Positions 28,421 through 37,952 of a DNA stretch of 64,000 bases are shown here, in pieces. The stretch spans positions 64,001 through 128,000 of the IMG/VR virus record IMGVR_UViG_3300021197_001752; one strand, 5' to 3'. Position numbers and translations under genes: made by a program. Under the pieces are notes generated by a model. That model was not told where the DNA came from. It worked only from the letters and a program-made list of their open reading frames with translations, and did not search any database. Positions within the stretch are counted from its first letter, which is position 1; every line of letters starts with the position of its first letter. Origin of the DNA: a virus.

Positions 28421-29122
28421 TCATCGCTTCAATTGGGCAATGCCACTGGGGGAGTCTAAGCTAATCGGTGACTTACCCTTGAACTTTAGTCGTGCCTGGG
28501 CCCGCAACAAACCGCTGACTCGCCGAACGCCTGCGGCGTTTAGTGTAGAGCCACTGCGCCCCGCTCGTAACTCAATGTCAATCTCGCCTTCGAGCTTGGG
28601 TACGGGTAGGTTCGCTGGGTTCTCACCCAAATAGAATAAGCCTGCTCCACCAATCTGCATATAGTGGATGCCCTTCTTCTTGTAGTGGTCAATAATAAAA
28701 GAAGCGTCCTCTTTGATTTTAGCGTTGATAGGTTTTAATAATCCTTTTTGCTTTGCTGCCGTCCAAGTGTACTTGTCGCAAGTGGTAGGGAACTTCTCTC
28801 CACCAATGGCTGAGAGTAGTCGCTCAATAGCATCTACCTTTTGACCTAGTGCTGTGATGATTAGCTCTGCTGTGTTGCCATCTACGGCTTCACTTACCAT
28901 CTCAAAGCCACCATTATCGTAGCGTACAGAGGTGCCTCCCATTTGTGCGTGGGAGTCCTGCTTCACTTCTAATAAATATTTTTTACCGCCGACAAAAAAA
29001 TCTGCGTCGGCAAGTGTTGCCGATGCGCCTGCCCCCTCCTGAATATCGCCTGCGACCCCTGCCGCTTTCAAAGCTTCAATGACCGTTGTCTCGTAAGCAA
29101 ACCCTTGTTCGTTATTACTCAT
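28421..29122 (-). CDS. Putative PD-(D/E)XK restriction-endonuclease-like protein
   Basis: GFAYE...ADADF...LLEVKQ. Confidence 0.65.
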   Translation of the reverse strand: MSNNEQGFAYETTVIEALKAAGVAGDIQEGAGASATLADADFFVGGKKYLLEVKQDSHAQMGGTSVRYDNGGFEMVSEAVDGNTAELIITALGQKVDAIERLLSAIGGEKFPTTCDKYTWTAAKQKGLLKPINAKIKEDASFIIDHYKKKGIHYMQIGGAGLFYLGENPANLPVPKLEGEIDIELRAGRSGSTLNAAGVRRVSGLLRAQARLKFKGKSPISLDSPSGIAQLKR

Positions 29123-31095
29123 TGTGCTTCCATTTCTTCCTTTGAGTTATTCATCTCAACTAACTTCAATCGCTCTTCCTTGAGCTTGCGCTCTCTTGGA
29201 TTCCTACACTCGTTACAGTCCGATTTAACACCATCTAAATGTGACTTAGTGTTGTCTAAGGCATACTCACTCCATGGTATCATTTCGCCTGGCTTGCACT
29301 TGCTACATTCCTTACCCGCAAAACTAAGCTCTCGATCGGTTAAGAAAAACAAGCGGTTTTCGTACAAATGCTCAAGAAGCAATGCCTTGCCTTCTTTGGG
29401 GTATACTTTCTCCCAATACTCAAACCAATCAGTTGTTTGTCGTGAATTATTATCTTTAGCTAATACAAGCCAGAAGTTACTCTGATCATCACGACCGCCT
29501 CTAGCAAGGGGGATGTAGTGATCGACCTCACAGCGACCTTCCTCTACATCCTCAAGCTCTACGTTTGGAGCGCAAACGCCAGCATCAAATAACTCCATAT
29601 GATCCTGCATACTGCTAGCGGCAGTTCGCCTGCACTTGATAGCTTGACTAGCTAACCACTGTGTTTCCCTCTTAGCGTCGTCAGCTTGTAAATAATCAAG
29701 CATATATTCAAGGCGCTTATTCATGCCCTTGATACGCCAGGCTGATTTCTTACTGTGTGCCCAAGAATAGATTTTTGGATTCTTTAGTTTTTTAGCCTTT
29801 TTCTCAGCAGCGTCTGCTGCTTTATCCCACTGCCTCACCCTGGTCTCTGAGAATGTGTATTTCTTATCCATCCGATCCTGCATTTTCTCATACATGGACC
29901 AGAAAGCCGAGGCGTCGTTTAGTTCAAAGCCCTGCTTATCAAATGCAACAAGTAAGCTCAAGATATCTGAACGATCGCTTTGATCCATATCACCAATAGG
30001 TTCACCATCAGTTTTGACGTTTGCATTCCAGATCTTAACAAATTGAGCCCACACAGTGTTAGAAAACCTAGGGTAGTAGTGAACCACATCAGCAGACCTA
30101 ATGTACATGTCTTTAAGCCTGTGCTTATTGTTAATAGTGCTAGGTGTCTGCACCTTACCACCAGTAATCTCTCCAGAAACTCTTGCTTCGTGGTATTTCT
30201 CATACTGCTGATAATCAGCGTACATACTGAATGCACAAGCAATCAACTCATCGTTGGAGTAACGATAGCAATTTGGATAAATGTCTTTATCCTTACTGCT
30301 GACCTTGAAGTACCTCACTGGTGCTGGGGCGTTATGTTCCGCCTTGTATGCCTTCCAAGTATTATATTCTTCTGCTGCATCGTCACGGGCCAGTATGCAA
30401 ATCTGTGTATTTGACGCATTGCGATCTTCGGCATCATTTGTGGTCCCTGTAGAGTGCCAGCGACCGAAAGTCATGTAAATCTCTGGATTGGTGTAGCCAG
30501 CGAAAACATCGACCGAAAAGGTGAAGTTATTAAGGTAATTCCTATGGTCAATCGTAAGTTCTGAGTAAAGAGCACCGTCAGGATACAGCTTTTTATGCTC
30601 GGGGTCGGTTGGATACCACTTAAATTCATCAGCGACGTATGCTGCGCCTGTCTCTACTCTGTTGTTACAGTCAAAAGACATCAACTCAAAAAGATCTTTA
30701 ATTTTTTGATCAAGCTCCCCTCTGTCTTCGCCCTGGATCAAGTAGGCCCCATTAGCGTCTTTTGCCTGAAACTGTAACACCAGACTAACCAAAGTAAACG
30801 GCTGCAAGGGGATGCCACGCATTACCGAATCCATGTAAAAGCTCCGAGTTGCCTTATCCCAAAATCCTCGTCGCTGAAATCCCAAGTTCAGCCAGATCTT
30901 TTTATAGATCGGCTCGACAGCAGGAACTATTACGCCTGATGGCAACGTCTCGGCAGGGGAACCGATAAACACCTGCCTAAAGGTCGGTCGATAAGTGGTT
31001 TGATGCCTGACCTGCCCACTCGATAGTGTAGCGATCTGGGCGTGATGCGTTGGTTTGATACCTTCATCCCATGTTGGTCTTACTGTGTTTGACAA
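29119..31095 (-). CDS. DUF262 (GmrSD/ParB-like) + HNH endonuclease + C-terminal Zn finger
   Basis: FQRRGFW...YMDSVMRGIP, DCNNR (variant of DGQQR), VDHYIPLARGG..D.SN...DN, CSKC...CNEC. Confidence 0.75.
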   Translation of the reverse strand: MSNTVRPTWDEGIKPTHHAQIATLSSGQVRHQTTYRPTFRQVFIGSPAETLPSGVIVPAVEPIYKKIWLNLGFQRRGFWDKATRSFYMDSVMRGIPLQPFTLVSLVLQFQAKDANGAYLIQGEDRGELDQKIKDLFELMSFDCNNRVETGAAYVADEFKWYPTDPEHKKLYPDGALYSELTIDHRNYLNNFTFSVDVFAGYTNPEIYMTFGRWHSTGTTNDAEDRNASNTQICILARDDAAEEYNTWKAYKAEHNAPAPVRYFKVSSKDKDIYPNCYRYSNDELIACAFSMYADYQQYEKYHEARVSGEITGGKVQTPSTINNKHRLKDMYIRSADVVHYYPRFSNTVWAQFVKIWNANVKTDGEPIGDMDQSDRSDILSLLVAFDKQGFELNDASAFWSMYEKMQDRMDKKYTFSETRVRQWDKAADAAEKKAKKLKNPKIYSWAHSKKSAWRIKGMNKRLEYMLDYLQADDAKRETQWLASQAIKCRRTAASSMQDHMELFDAGVCAPNVELEDVEEGRCEVDHYIPLARGGRDDQSNFWLVLAKDNNSRQTTDWFEYWEKVYPKEGKALLLEHLYENRLFFLTDRELSFAGKECSKCKPGEMIPWSEYALDNTKSHLDGVKSDCNECRNPRERKLKEERLKLVEMNNSKEEMEAQ

Positions 31096-31167
31096 GCGTA
31101 ATACCTCCTCTGTATTTCTATTGTAAGATTATATTATATTATTTTTTGATATGCGTTAAGGTTTTAT

Positions 31168-31614
31168 TTAAAACTCTTCGCAATGAATTTCTGCTGGGTC
31201 GCAGTCTAACTTTAGCCGCCAGCCTTTCTCGACTGGGTTATCGACAACATAGCTGCGAACTTTATAATAATGCTGCTCGTCTGAAACTGAGATCAAGTCT
31301 TGGTCCGTCTCTACATTGAAAACAAATTTGCAAACTCGAACAGCTTCTTGCGCACCTTTACGCACGCCAGAGCCAACCGCCTTGATGTTCTCACTGTTGG
31401 CTAAGAATACCGCAACCTTGCAGTATCGACCAAACTTGTCCATCTCTTTAGTATGCAGGTTGACTCTTTCGCAACACTTGCGAATATCTGCTGGTGATTT
31501 CTTATAGAATTTCATAGAGCAGCCGCTCATAGCTCCGAAGACTAACAGCAAGCTAGCTAGGATTCCTAAGTAAGTAACCACGTCAATGGTACTAAGATTC
31601 TTTAACTTCTTCAT
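31168..31614 (-). CDS. Putative Cys-rich lipoprotein
   Basis: Hydrophobic helix ending in MSGC lipobox-like site. Confidence 0.55.
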   Translation of the reverse strand: MKKLKNLSTIDVVTYLGILASLLLVFGAMSGCSMKFYKKSPADIRKCCERVNLHTKEMDKFGRYCKVAVFLANSENIKAVGSGVRKGAQEAVRVCKFVFNVETDQDLISVSDEQHYYKVRSYVVDNPVEKGWRLKLDCDPAEIHCEEF

Positions 31615-31792
31615 CCTGTTTTTCGCTTTCTAATTCTAGTTTGTGTCCGCAAAGGGGACAATTCCAATTACCAACTTCTCTAAATGCATATCGGAAGCCG
31701 CAAGCCTCAAGTAGCTTGTTGTTGCGACCAGGCCCCGAAGGGCAAGCATAAAGATAAGTCTTTTTATTTATCTTTGTTCGCACCGAATTCAT
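31592..31792 (-). CDS. Small zinc-ribbon protein
   Basis: CP...CG...CPLCG. Confidence 0.6.
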   Translation of the reverse strand: MNSVRTKINKKTYLYACPSGPGRNNKLLEACGFRYAFREVGNWNCPLCGHKLELESEKQDEEVKES

Positions 31793-32286
31793 ATCCTATC
31801 CAAAAGGTAACAACCATACATGCCAATACAAGTCCAACTTGTGCCATGTCATGAACGCTCATAATCTTTTATTAACTTTGTTTTTATACAGCCTGTTACC
31901 AATTGATTGGTGCAGCTTATCAAGCAATAACACGGTCATTACACTGGTGCCGACGGCGAGTGTGGCAAATCCAAGTCCAGTCCAGCTAGTCACGCTTTCT
32001 CACTCCAATTTTGATAAGCACTAAGATACCCTTGTTCTGGAACCATTGTCCAGCAAGGTGACCACGAGATAACAAAACCCTCGCTAACCAGAAGTATAAT
32101 CTTGCTAGTAGTGGTTTCATTTCTTGCGGCTCCTTTTCTTCTTAGCTTTCTTGACTTGCACGATATCTGACTTGATCGTGGCGATCTCTGCCTCTAAGCT
32201 GTCAAGTCTGAGGTTTGTCGTATAATAAAATCCCACCAGTGGGATCAACAAGGTAGCAATCGTAACGATTACTTTGACGTCAATCT

Positions 32287-32463
32287 TCATTCTTTATTCA
32301 AAGTTTCTTTGACAAGTCCTGAAGTTAGTGTCTTGAGCCTGCGAAGTTCTTTGCGTACACGAACGCCAGCAGCCTTGTTGCCACTTGCGGACTTGCCCAT
32401 ATCTACTTCCAGCATATCAATAAGATTTTTGATTTCAGCCCAGTTATTTAAAATGTTATTCAT
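32287..32463 (-). CDS. Histone H1-like nucleoid protein (Hc1 family), 58 aa, not in ORF track
   Basis: Hand translation ...KSASGNKAAGVRVRKELRRLK...; AGGAGG RBS; ATGA coupling. Confidence 0.85.
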   Translation of the reverse strand: MNNILNNWAEIKNLIDMLEVDMGKSASGNKAAGVRVRKELRRLKTLTSGLVKETLNKE

Positions 32464-32544
32464 TATCGTAACCTCCTAATGGTTATTCTTTATCTAATAT
32501 ATACTATGTTCAAGCAAGTGTTTAGCTATTTTATTGTAAAAAAC

Positions 32545-32775
32545 TCAATCACCAAACATATCTTTAGCTAAATCATTAGATGCTTTCTCGACTACGCTCT
32601 TCAAAGCTTCTAGTGCAGCATGAGCCTTGTACATATCAACATAGCTAGTGCAGCCACTGTCATACTCATGTGCATAGTCCATAGCCTTCTCGGCCCAATC
32701 CATGGCATCTTGAATCCTGCCTGCTGTCTCTTCAAAGCTTGTAATTGTTTTATCAATTTTAGTTGCCCAACCCAT
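32545..32775 (-). CDS. Hypothetical helical protein
   Basis: AAGGA RBS; follows zinc-knuckle gene. Confidence 0.6.
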   Translation of the reverse strand: MGWATKIDKTITSFEETAGRIQDAMDWAEKAMDYAHEYDSGCTSYVDMYKAHAALEALKSVVEKASNDLAKDMFGD

Positions 32776-32790
32776 GTAGATTCCTTTCTC

Positions 32791-33702
32791 TTAGTCTTGC
32801 GACCAGTTGCTGACCTGGCTGATAAGCTGATTGATCTCTGGCTCAAGGCTAGCGTCAACAAGCCGCTCTCCCGAGTCGTCATCTTTGGTAACGACCCAGT
32901 GATAAACACCAGAGCATTCGGGACTGATAAGGGTCACATTGTCACCCTTCCATCCGCTGTCCTTATTGACAGGACCGCCAACATAACCGCTGACCAAGCC
33001 GTGCCCGTCTGGCTCTTTCGCATAGTAGCGGTAGTGGCTTTGCTGCTTGAGGTCCTGAGGAATCCGAAGCATACCCTCTTGACCGTCAGGCTTGCGAACC
33101 TTGATGATGGCTCCCTTGAACCAGTCGTTGAAATCACGTGGAATGCCCGACTCGTCGTCATAATTAGGCTGGGCAACCGCTTCCCAGTTGACACCCGTGA
33201 CCATGCACATCACATTTTCATAGTCTTCAATCTTCCAGTTGTACTCTCTGAGCCGCATCAAAGCGCCTGGGACGACGCCAGCATTACTCAAGCAGGCAGC
33301 GAGAACTCGATGAGCCAGACCTTGCATAGCGTCAGCATCAAGACGATGCTGCTTCTTGGCTGGGCAGGTACGAGCATTGTGTCCATGCTCACCGCAGAAG
33401 CCACACTGGCGACCACGAGCATTCTTCTTGACCTGAGCAATCTTGCGCTCTTCAATCTCTTCCCAGAGCCAGCGGTCACGCCAGGAGATTTCGTCCTCAT
33501 CGGCGTCTTGAATCTTAGCAGCCTCGTTGATCCTGCTGATCCAAGAGGTGGAAGCATAAGCAAGCTCATCTTCCGAGCGGTAAACGCCATACTTCTCAGC
33601 AAGTCTTTCAACTCTGGCGTGTGCTTCTTTGATTTGCGGGCAACCACGACGGTTGTGTCCGTATTGACCACAGTGTTGACATTGATTGGAACGATAGCCC
33701 AT
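32791..33702 (-). CDS. Protein with two CCHC zinc knuckles (putative early gene)
   Basis: CQHCGQYGHNRRGC and CGFCGEHGHNARTC. Confidence 0.8.
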   Translation of the reverse strand: MGYRSNQCQHCGQYGHNRRGCPQIKEAHARVERLAEKYGVYRSEDELAYASTSWISRINEAAKIQDADEDEISWRDRWLWEEIEERKIAQVKKNARGRQCGFCGEHGHNARTCPAKKQHRLDADAMQGLAHRVLAACLSNAGVVPGALMRLREYNWKIEDYENVMCMVTGVNWEAVAQPNYDDESGIPRDFNDWFKGAIIKVRKPDGQEGMLRIPQDLKQQSHYRYYAKEPDGHGLVSGYVGGPVNKDSGWKGDNVTLISPECSGVYHWVVTKDDDSGERLVDASLEPEINQLISQVSNWSQD

Positions 33703-33707
33703 ATCTG

Positions 33708-33756
33708 TATCTCCCTTACAATTTATATTACCACGGATAGGGGATACGTCAAGGAA
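33708..33756 (-). promoter_or_regulatory. Early-type promoter/RBS cassette 5
   Basis: TTCCTTGACG-N15-TAATAT-AAATTGTAAGGGAGA. Confidence 0.8.
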
Positions 33757-33782
33757 ACTGGCAAATATATTTTATTATTATT

Positions 33783-34367
33783 TTACCTGTCGCCCGTTGA
33801 GCCTAGTGCACCATCGCCTCTGCTTGTGTCGTCGTCATAAATATTATCTGATTCTACCAGGCTGATATTTGTTTCAACCTTTACGAAGACCGCCTGGGCA
33901 ATCTTGTCGCCGTCGTGGAGAGTCTGGTTGCGGTGGGTAACGTTGTGAAGGTTCACGAAGATCTCACCAGTATACCCTCGGTCAACAACACAAGCACCCA
34001 CAAGCAAGCCACGCTTACTAGCAATACCTGACTTGTTCTTGATCTCCAGCATGTAACCCTCAGGAACTTCGATCCTTAACCCAGTTGGGATTACGGATGA
34101 ACCAAACGGTAGCACGGTTTCAATCTGAGAATCTAGCTCGGGCTTTGGCGTCGGGCAAAAGAACAAGTCCATACCCGCATCAGTGCTGTGGGCCCTCACT
34201 GGCATCTTAGCATTTTCATGAACTCGCTGTACTCTTACTTGCATATTCTTTTTCTCTACTTTCATTTTATTCCCTGGTCGGTCTGCGCAGGCTGGCTTCA
34301 AGTCACACCCGCAGTCATAACATTCATCACTAACATTAAATAAATTACTTTGGTCACTGACTGACAA
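33783..34367 (-). CDS. dut: Trimeric dUTPase
   Basis: AGMDL, KSG, VDRGYTGEI, GDKIAQ, RGDGALGSTG. Confidence 0.95.
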   Translation of the reverse strand: MSVSDQSNLFNVSDECYDCGCDLKPACADRPGNKMKVEKKNMQVRVQRVHENAKMPVRAHSTDAGMDLFFCPTPKPELDSQIETVLPFGSSVIPTGLRIEVPEGYMLEIKNKSGIASKRGLLVGACVVDRGYTGEIFVNLHNVTHRNQTLHDGDKIAQAVFVKVETNISLVESDNIYDDDTSRGDGALGSTGDR

Positions 34368-34923
34368 AATCTAACTCCACATCTGCTTCAACTTCATTGC
34401 CATGCACGTCCCAGCCATCGGCGGCGGTTCTGGCAAACATTTCTAACTTGGCTTGTTCTGGGAACATCTCTTCAATTCTCTTTCTTACTTCCTCTGGCTT
34501 GGCGCTGTGTTTCCCTCTCATCACTGAGACCATCTGCCGAATGTTGCGGGCACCTCGTGGTTTTGGGATCTTGCCTCGCTTGCCAATCAAACAAAGCTCG
34601 ACTTGGCTCATGGTATAAAACCCTGGGTTGACCTTTTGCTTATCCCAGACAAACCCCACAGTTGCCCAGGAGAACCCCCAGGCCTTCAATAGTTCAATCG
34701 CTTGATCAAGGTGCGGACTCGTTGCCCACATAAACATCAAGCAGTCGTCGTCGCACAAACTTGGTACATCTAACTTCTTTAGATCCTTGAGCTTCATACA
34801 GCCGTAGTGCTTGGTTGCGCCGCCGCTGTCGCTACCACCCTGACCCGTATGCTGAAGCTGCCCCTTATAATCCCAAGGCGGATCTGCATAGATAATCTGA
34901 TATTTCTTTACTTCGTCTTGCAT
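34354..34923 (-). CDS. MT-A70 family adenine methyltransferase
   Basis: IYADPPW, FMWAT, WGF, VWDK, HSAKP, LEMFAR, GWDVHGNE. Confidence 0.92.
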   Translation of the reverse strand: MQDEVKKYQIIYADPPWDYKGQLQHTGQGGSDSGGATKHYGCMKLKDLKKLDVPSLCDDDCLMFMWATSPHLDQAIELLKAWGFSWATVGFVWDKQKVNPGFYTMSQVELCLIGKRGKIPKPRGARNIRQMVSVMRGKHSAKPEEVRKRIEEMFPEQAKLEMFARTAADGWDVHGNEVEADVELDFVSQ

Positions 34924-35651
34924 AGAACCTCTAACCTTTCGAGGGATTTATTAATATACTCTTCATCAAATTCACAGCCCCTAAACGATCGACCTGTATT
35001 TGAACAGGCAATCATCGTTGATCCTGAGCCGCTAAAACAGTCTACCACAGTATCGCCAGGTTGTGTATGAGCTTTTATGATTCTCTCTAGCAATGAGATG
35101 GGTTTCTGGGTAGTGTGCCAGCCTGCATATTCCTTGCTTGTGGTGTGGTTGTTCTTAGTCCAAACATCAGTCGGTATCTTGCCCAGCGGATTGTTGCTGG
35201 CAGTGGCACGAACATTCTTCTTCATCTTGTAGGGCACTCGGATATCATCAGCATGAAATGGAAACTCTTTACCTTTGGAATACATTAATATATCTTCATG
35301 CTTACGGGGAAACTTCTTCTTTGTTCTGCCGCCCCAGTCGTAAGCCCAAATAATCCAGTTTTGATAATGGGCGTCTGGTATCTCGTTGAGAACGTTCAGT
35401 TTATACCTTAGGAACGTGTCTGTCTTCGTTGTGCCCCAAACATAAAAGCAGGCACCTGGCTTCATGATACGGAAACATTCCTCAGTCCAAACCTTGCACC
35501 AATCTAGATACTCTTGCTCAGAGTCCCACTGGTTATCCCAAGCATCTTTGACAATCTCAAAGTAGGGCGGATCAACCACAACAAGGTCGGCTGATTCATC
35601 ATCAAGGGTGCGAAGATATTCCAAACAATCTGCGTGCTTCAAATCAATCAT
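34908..35651 (-). CDS. N4/N6 DNA methyltransferase (beta class)
   Basis: DPPY, TDVW, HTTQKP, VDCFSGSGST. Confidence 0.93.
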   Translation of the reverse strand: MIDLKHADCLEYLRTLDDESADLVVVDPPYFEIVKDAWDNQWDSEQEYLDWCKVWTEECFRIMKPGACFYVWGTTKTDTFLRYKLNVLNEIPDAHYQNWIIWAYDWGGRTKKKFPRKHEDILMYSKGKEFPFHADDIRVPYKMKKNVRATASNNPLGKIPTDVWTKNNHTTSKEYAGWHTTQKPISLLERIIKAHTQPGDTVVDCFSGSGSTMIACSNTGRSFRGCEFDEEYINKSLERLEVLCKTK

Positions 35652-35658
35652 ATTTTCT

Positions 35659-36129
35659 CTACCTCGTGAACATGTCTGCTATGTCTGCTGCCCAGGCGTT
35701 CGGCTTACAGATAGGCTCAAAGCCCATGCCCTGGATCATACCTTCAACAGTTGCAAGCATTTTATTACTTTCGGTTTCATCTTTGACATTGACATCTGCG
35801 TGTACCAACGGAGATCTACCAGTGATGTCTTCTATCATTTGCGCCACTGCGATTGATTCCGTTGTCTCAAATAAAAGTCTCTCTGCTAGTGACTTAAAAT
35901 TGTCAACCTTTACTCTTCGATAGGCCACCAAAACCCCTGAGCCCTTTTGTCGCAGGCATATAGCCGTGCTAACAATTGTATAATCTGTAAACGGCTTACT
36001 GTCGGTACCAACATGGAACGTATACTTATCAGTTGCGCTGGTCTTCTCCAGGGTTGTCTTCAGACAAGGCACAAGCCTACCGCCAAGGAACCTCCACTTA
36101 CCACCAGTAGGTAATCGTTTACTCCCCAT
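35659..36129 (-). CDS. RNase H-like YkuK/DUF458 protein
   Basis: VGTDS, ERL..ET..SI, HADV, KPNAWAA..AD. Confidence 0.8.
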   Translation of the reverse strand: MGSKRLPTGGKWRFLGGRLVPCLKTTLEKTSATDKYTFHVGTDSKPFTDYTIVSTAICLRQKGSGVLVAYRRVKVDNFKSLAERLLFETTESIAVAQMIEDITGRSPLVHADVNVKDETESNKMLATVEGMIQGMGFEPICKPNAWAADIADMFTR

Positions 36130-36376
36130 CGTGAACCACTAGCTCTACATCAGTATTTTCTGTGTCTGTCTCGACCCAAACACGAGCACCACAGCTTAGT
36201 GGCTTGTGTGGGCTGTATACAACCCTGGCTAGTTCTACACCCTCTTTGGTCATGATGATGGCTTCATGGGCATAGTTGTTCTCTTTGTATGTCTTTACTG
36301 TTAAGACTGGCTCAAAGGTTTTGTTCTTTGTGTTCCTTCGGATGACGTGTTGGTTGACATGAATTATCTTTTTCAT
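36119..36376 (-). CDS. Phage hypothetical protein
   Basis: IHVNQHVI...VYSPHKPLSCGARVWVET motif. Confidence 0.75.
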   Translation of the reverse strand: MKKIIHVNQHVIRRNTKNKTFEPVLTVKTYKENNYAHEAIIMTKEGVELARVVYSPHKPLSCGARVWVETDTENTDVELVVHDGE

Positions 36377-36633
36377 TGTTCCTCTTCTTCTACGAAAGGA
36401 TTGATCACTGGTGATCGAAGACCGCCACGAGTAAGATCCATAATGATGCCTCTATACAAGATGTCTCTTGCCCCCAGGGCGATTTCTTCGTGGGTAACCA
36501 TATCGCTGCTAGTGAACAATGTCTCTACGATACAATCAATTGCTGTCTGATCAAGAGACACTGTGAACTTCATTGTTCCTGATAGGCCACTGTACTCAAC
36601 GTCACCGATCTCTACTTTTAGTTTACTACTCAT
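36373..36633 (-). CDS. Hypothetical protein
   Basis: Coupled ORF. Confidence 0.55.
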   Translation of the reverse strand: MSSKLKVEIGDVEYSGLSGTMKFTVSLDQTAIDCIVETLFTSSDMVTHEEIALGARDILYRGIIMDLTRGGLRSPVINPFVEEEEQ

Positions 36634-36643
36634 CCTAAATCCT

Positions 36644-36928
36644 TTACTTTACTTTGGGAATTCCACCGAAGTCGTACATCATATCAAGATACCAGTCATT
36701 AAAAGAACTAGCCTTGGGTCGCTTACGTTTCTTAGCTGGCTTGACTGGAGCCCACTTCATCTGGCGGAGAACCTCACGTAAAACTCGTGGGTCTGTCCGC
36801 TTCAGGTAATTCGTTATTTGATTAGCATGGCGCTGCACCTGGGGCTTGTCCATGTAAGGGCGCTTGTTGCCATGGCTTGGCGCTGCCAAGGTTGTGACTA
36901 AAGCAGTTGCTAAGATAATCTTAATCAT
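36644..36928 (-). CDS. Putative secreted protein
   Basis: Signal-peptide-like N-terminus. Confidence 0.5.
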   Translation of the reverse strand: MIKIILATALVTTLAAPSHGNKRPYMDKPQVQRHANQITNYLKRTDPRVLREVLRQMKWAPVKPAKKRKRPKASSFNDWYLDMMYDFGGIPKVK

Positions 36929-37235
36929 ATTTCACTTTCTTTGGGTCCATGTTTTCAATCTCTTCGTCAGAAACATCTTCGTCAATAAGGTCGTAAATAG
37001 AAACTTTATCCTCTTTCTTGTGCATCTTCCCAGTTAGTATCCCGTGTACTAGCGATGGGCTGATCTTAATTTGATAGTGATTCTTCTTAGCGAACCACTT
37101 GGCTATCTCTCTCACGCTCATCTTACCTTTTTGCGATCTAATCATTTCTACCTGGCGCTCGGTCAGCTTATGCGAACCCTTCTTAGCTCGCAGTCGATTC
37201 TTCCTCGGTGGTGTCTTTTTATTTTCTTCGCTCAT
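36921..37235 (-). CDS. HTH DNA-binding protein
   Basis: KLTERQV..IR...SVREIA..F...ISPSLVHGILTG. Confidence 0.7.
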   Translation of the reverse strand: MSEENKKTPPRKNRLRAKKGSHKLTERQVEMIRSQKGKMSVREIAKWFAKKNHYQIKISPSLVHGILTGKMHKKEDKVSIYDLIDEDVSDEEIENMDPKKVKYD

Positions 37236-37283
37236 GATACTATTAATAACACACTTTCCTGATGCCGTAAAGCTATTTATAAT

Positions 37284-37952
37284 ATGAGTAATATTAATAA
37301 AAGATCTAAGATGAAAAACAAAAGACTCAGATCGAAGTACGGGTGGGTTAAAAGCGAAGAGGAGTATACAAGTGACTGCTGCGCTGAAGGCGATAGAGAT
37401 ATGAAATCTTCAGATCTTTGGCGTAAGCTTATGGAGTCACGAGGCATATACAGTGGGTATGGTCCTGGGGAGGAGGAGGGCGATGAGCCTGGTGGTCCTA
37501 TTTCAACAGAGGTCAACGATGATGCTAACATATTTGATACCCCAGAAGACCTAGGCCATAACGATGACCCAGATGATGGCGAGGATGTTGAAGCCAGTAA
37601 ATCAGCCAAAGACCCCAACGCAAAAAAGCTTTTTAGGAAACTGATAGAAAAAACACACCCAGATAAAACCAACTCAAATGATAACGTAGAAGACTTCTTC
37701 AAAGCTAGAGAAGCATATGAAAACAGCAACCTAGCTGAACTTGTAGCTTTGTGCATGAAGTATAACATTGAAGTGCCTGAGTACTTAGTGGAAGCCGAGA
37801 ACATATCTTTGGAGCAATCTATTAAAGAGATGGAGCAATCTATCAACAGCAAACAGAGTACGCTTGGTTATCTATGGTTCATGGCGAATAGCGACGAGGA
37901 AAAGCAAAGACTACTAGATATGGTGATGGCTCAGTACGGTGACCGCTTCTAG
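37284..37952 (+). CDS. J-domain (DnaJ-like) protein; only convincing plus-strand gene
   Basis: KKLFRKLIEKTHPDK...FFKAREAYE; GCTATTTA motif at 37272. Confidence 0.8.
   Translation: MSNINKRSKMKNKRLRSKYGWVKSEEEYTSDCCAEGDRDMKSSDLWRKLMESRGIYSGYGPGEEEGDEPGGPISTEVNDDANIFDTPEDLGHNDDPDDGEDVEASKSAKDPNAKKLFRKLIEKTHPDKTNSNDNVEDFFKAREAYENSNLAELVALCMKYNIEVPEYLVEAENISLEQSIKEMEQSINSKQSTLGYLWFMANSDEEKQRLLDMVMAQYGDRF

Noticed and set aside
32620-33840. 406-aa plus-strand ORF
   Set aside because: Antisense shadow of the zinc-knuckle gene, which has the promoter, RBS and motifs; no recognisable domain
37277-37852. 191-aa minus-strand ORF
   Set aside because: Ser/Leu-rich mirror of the plus-strand J-domain gene
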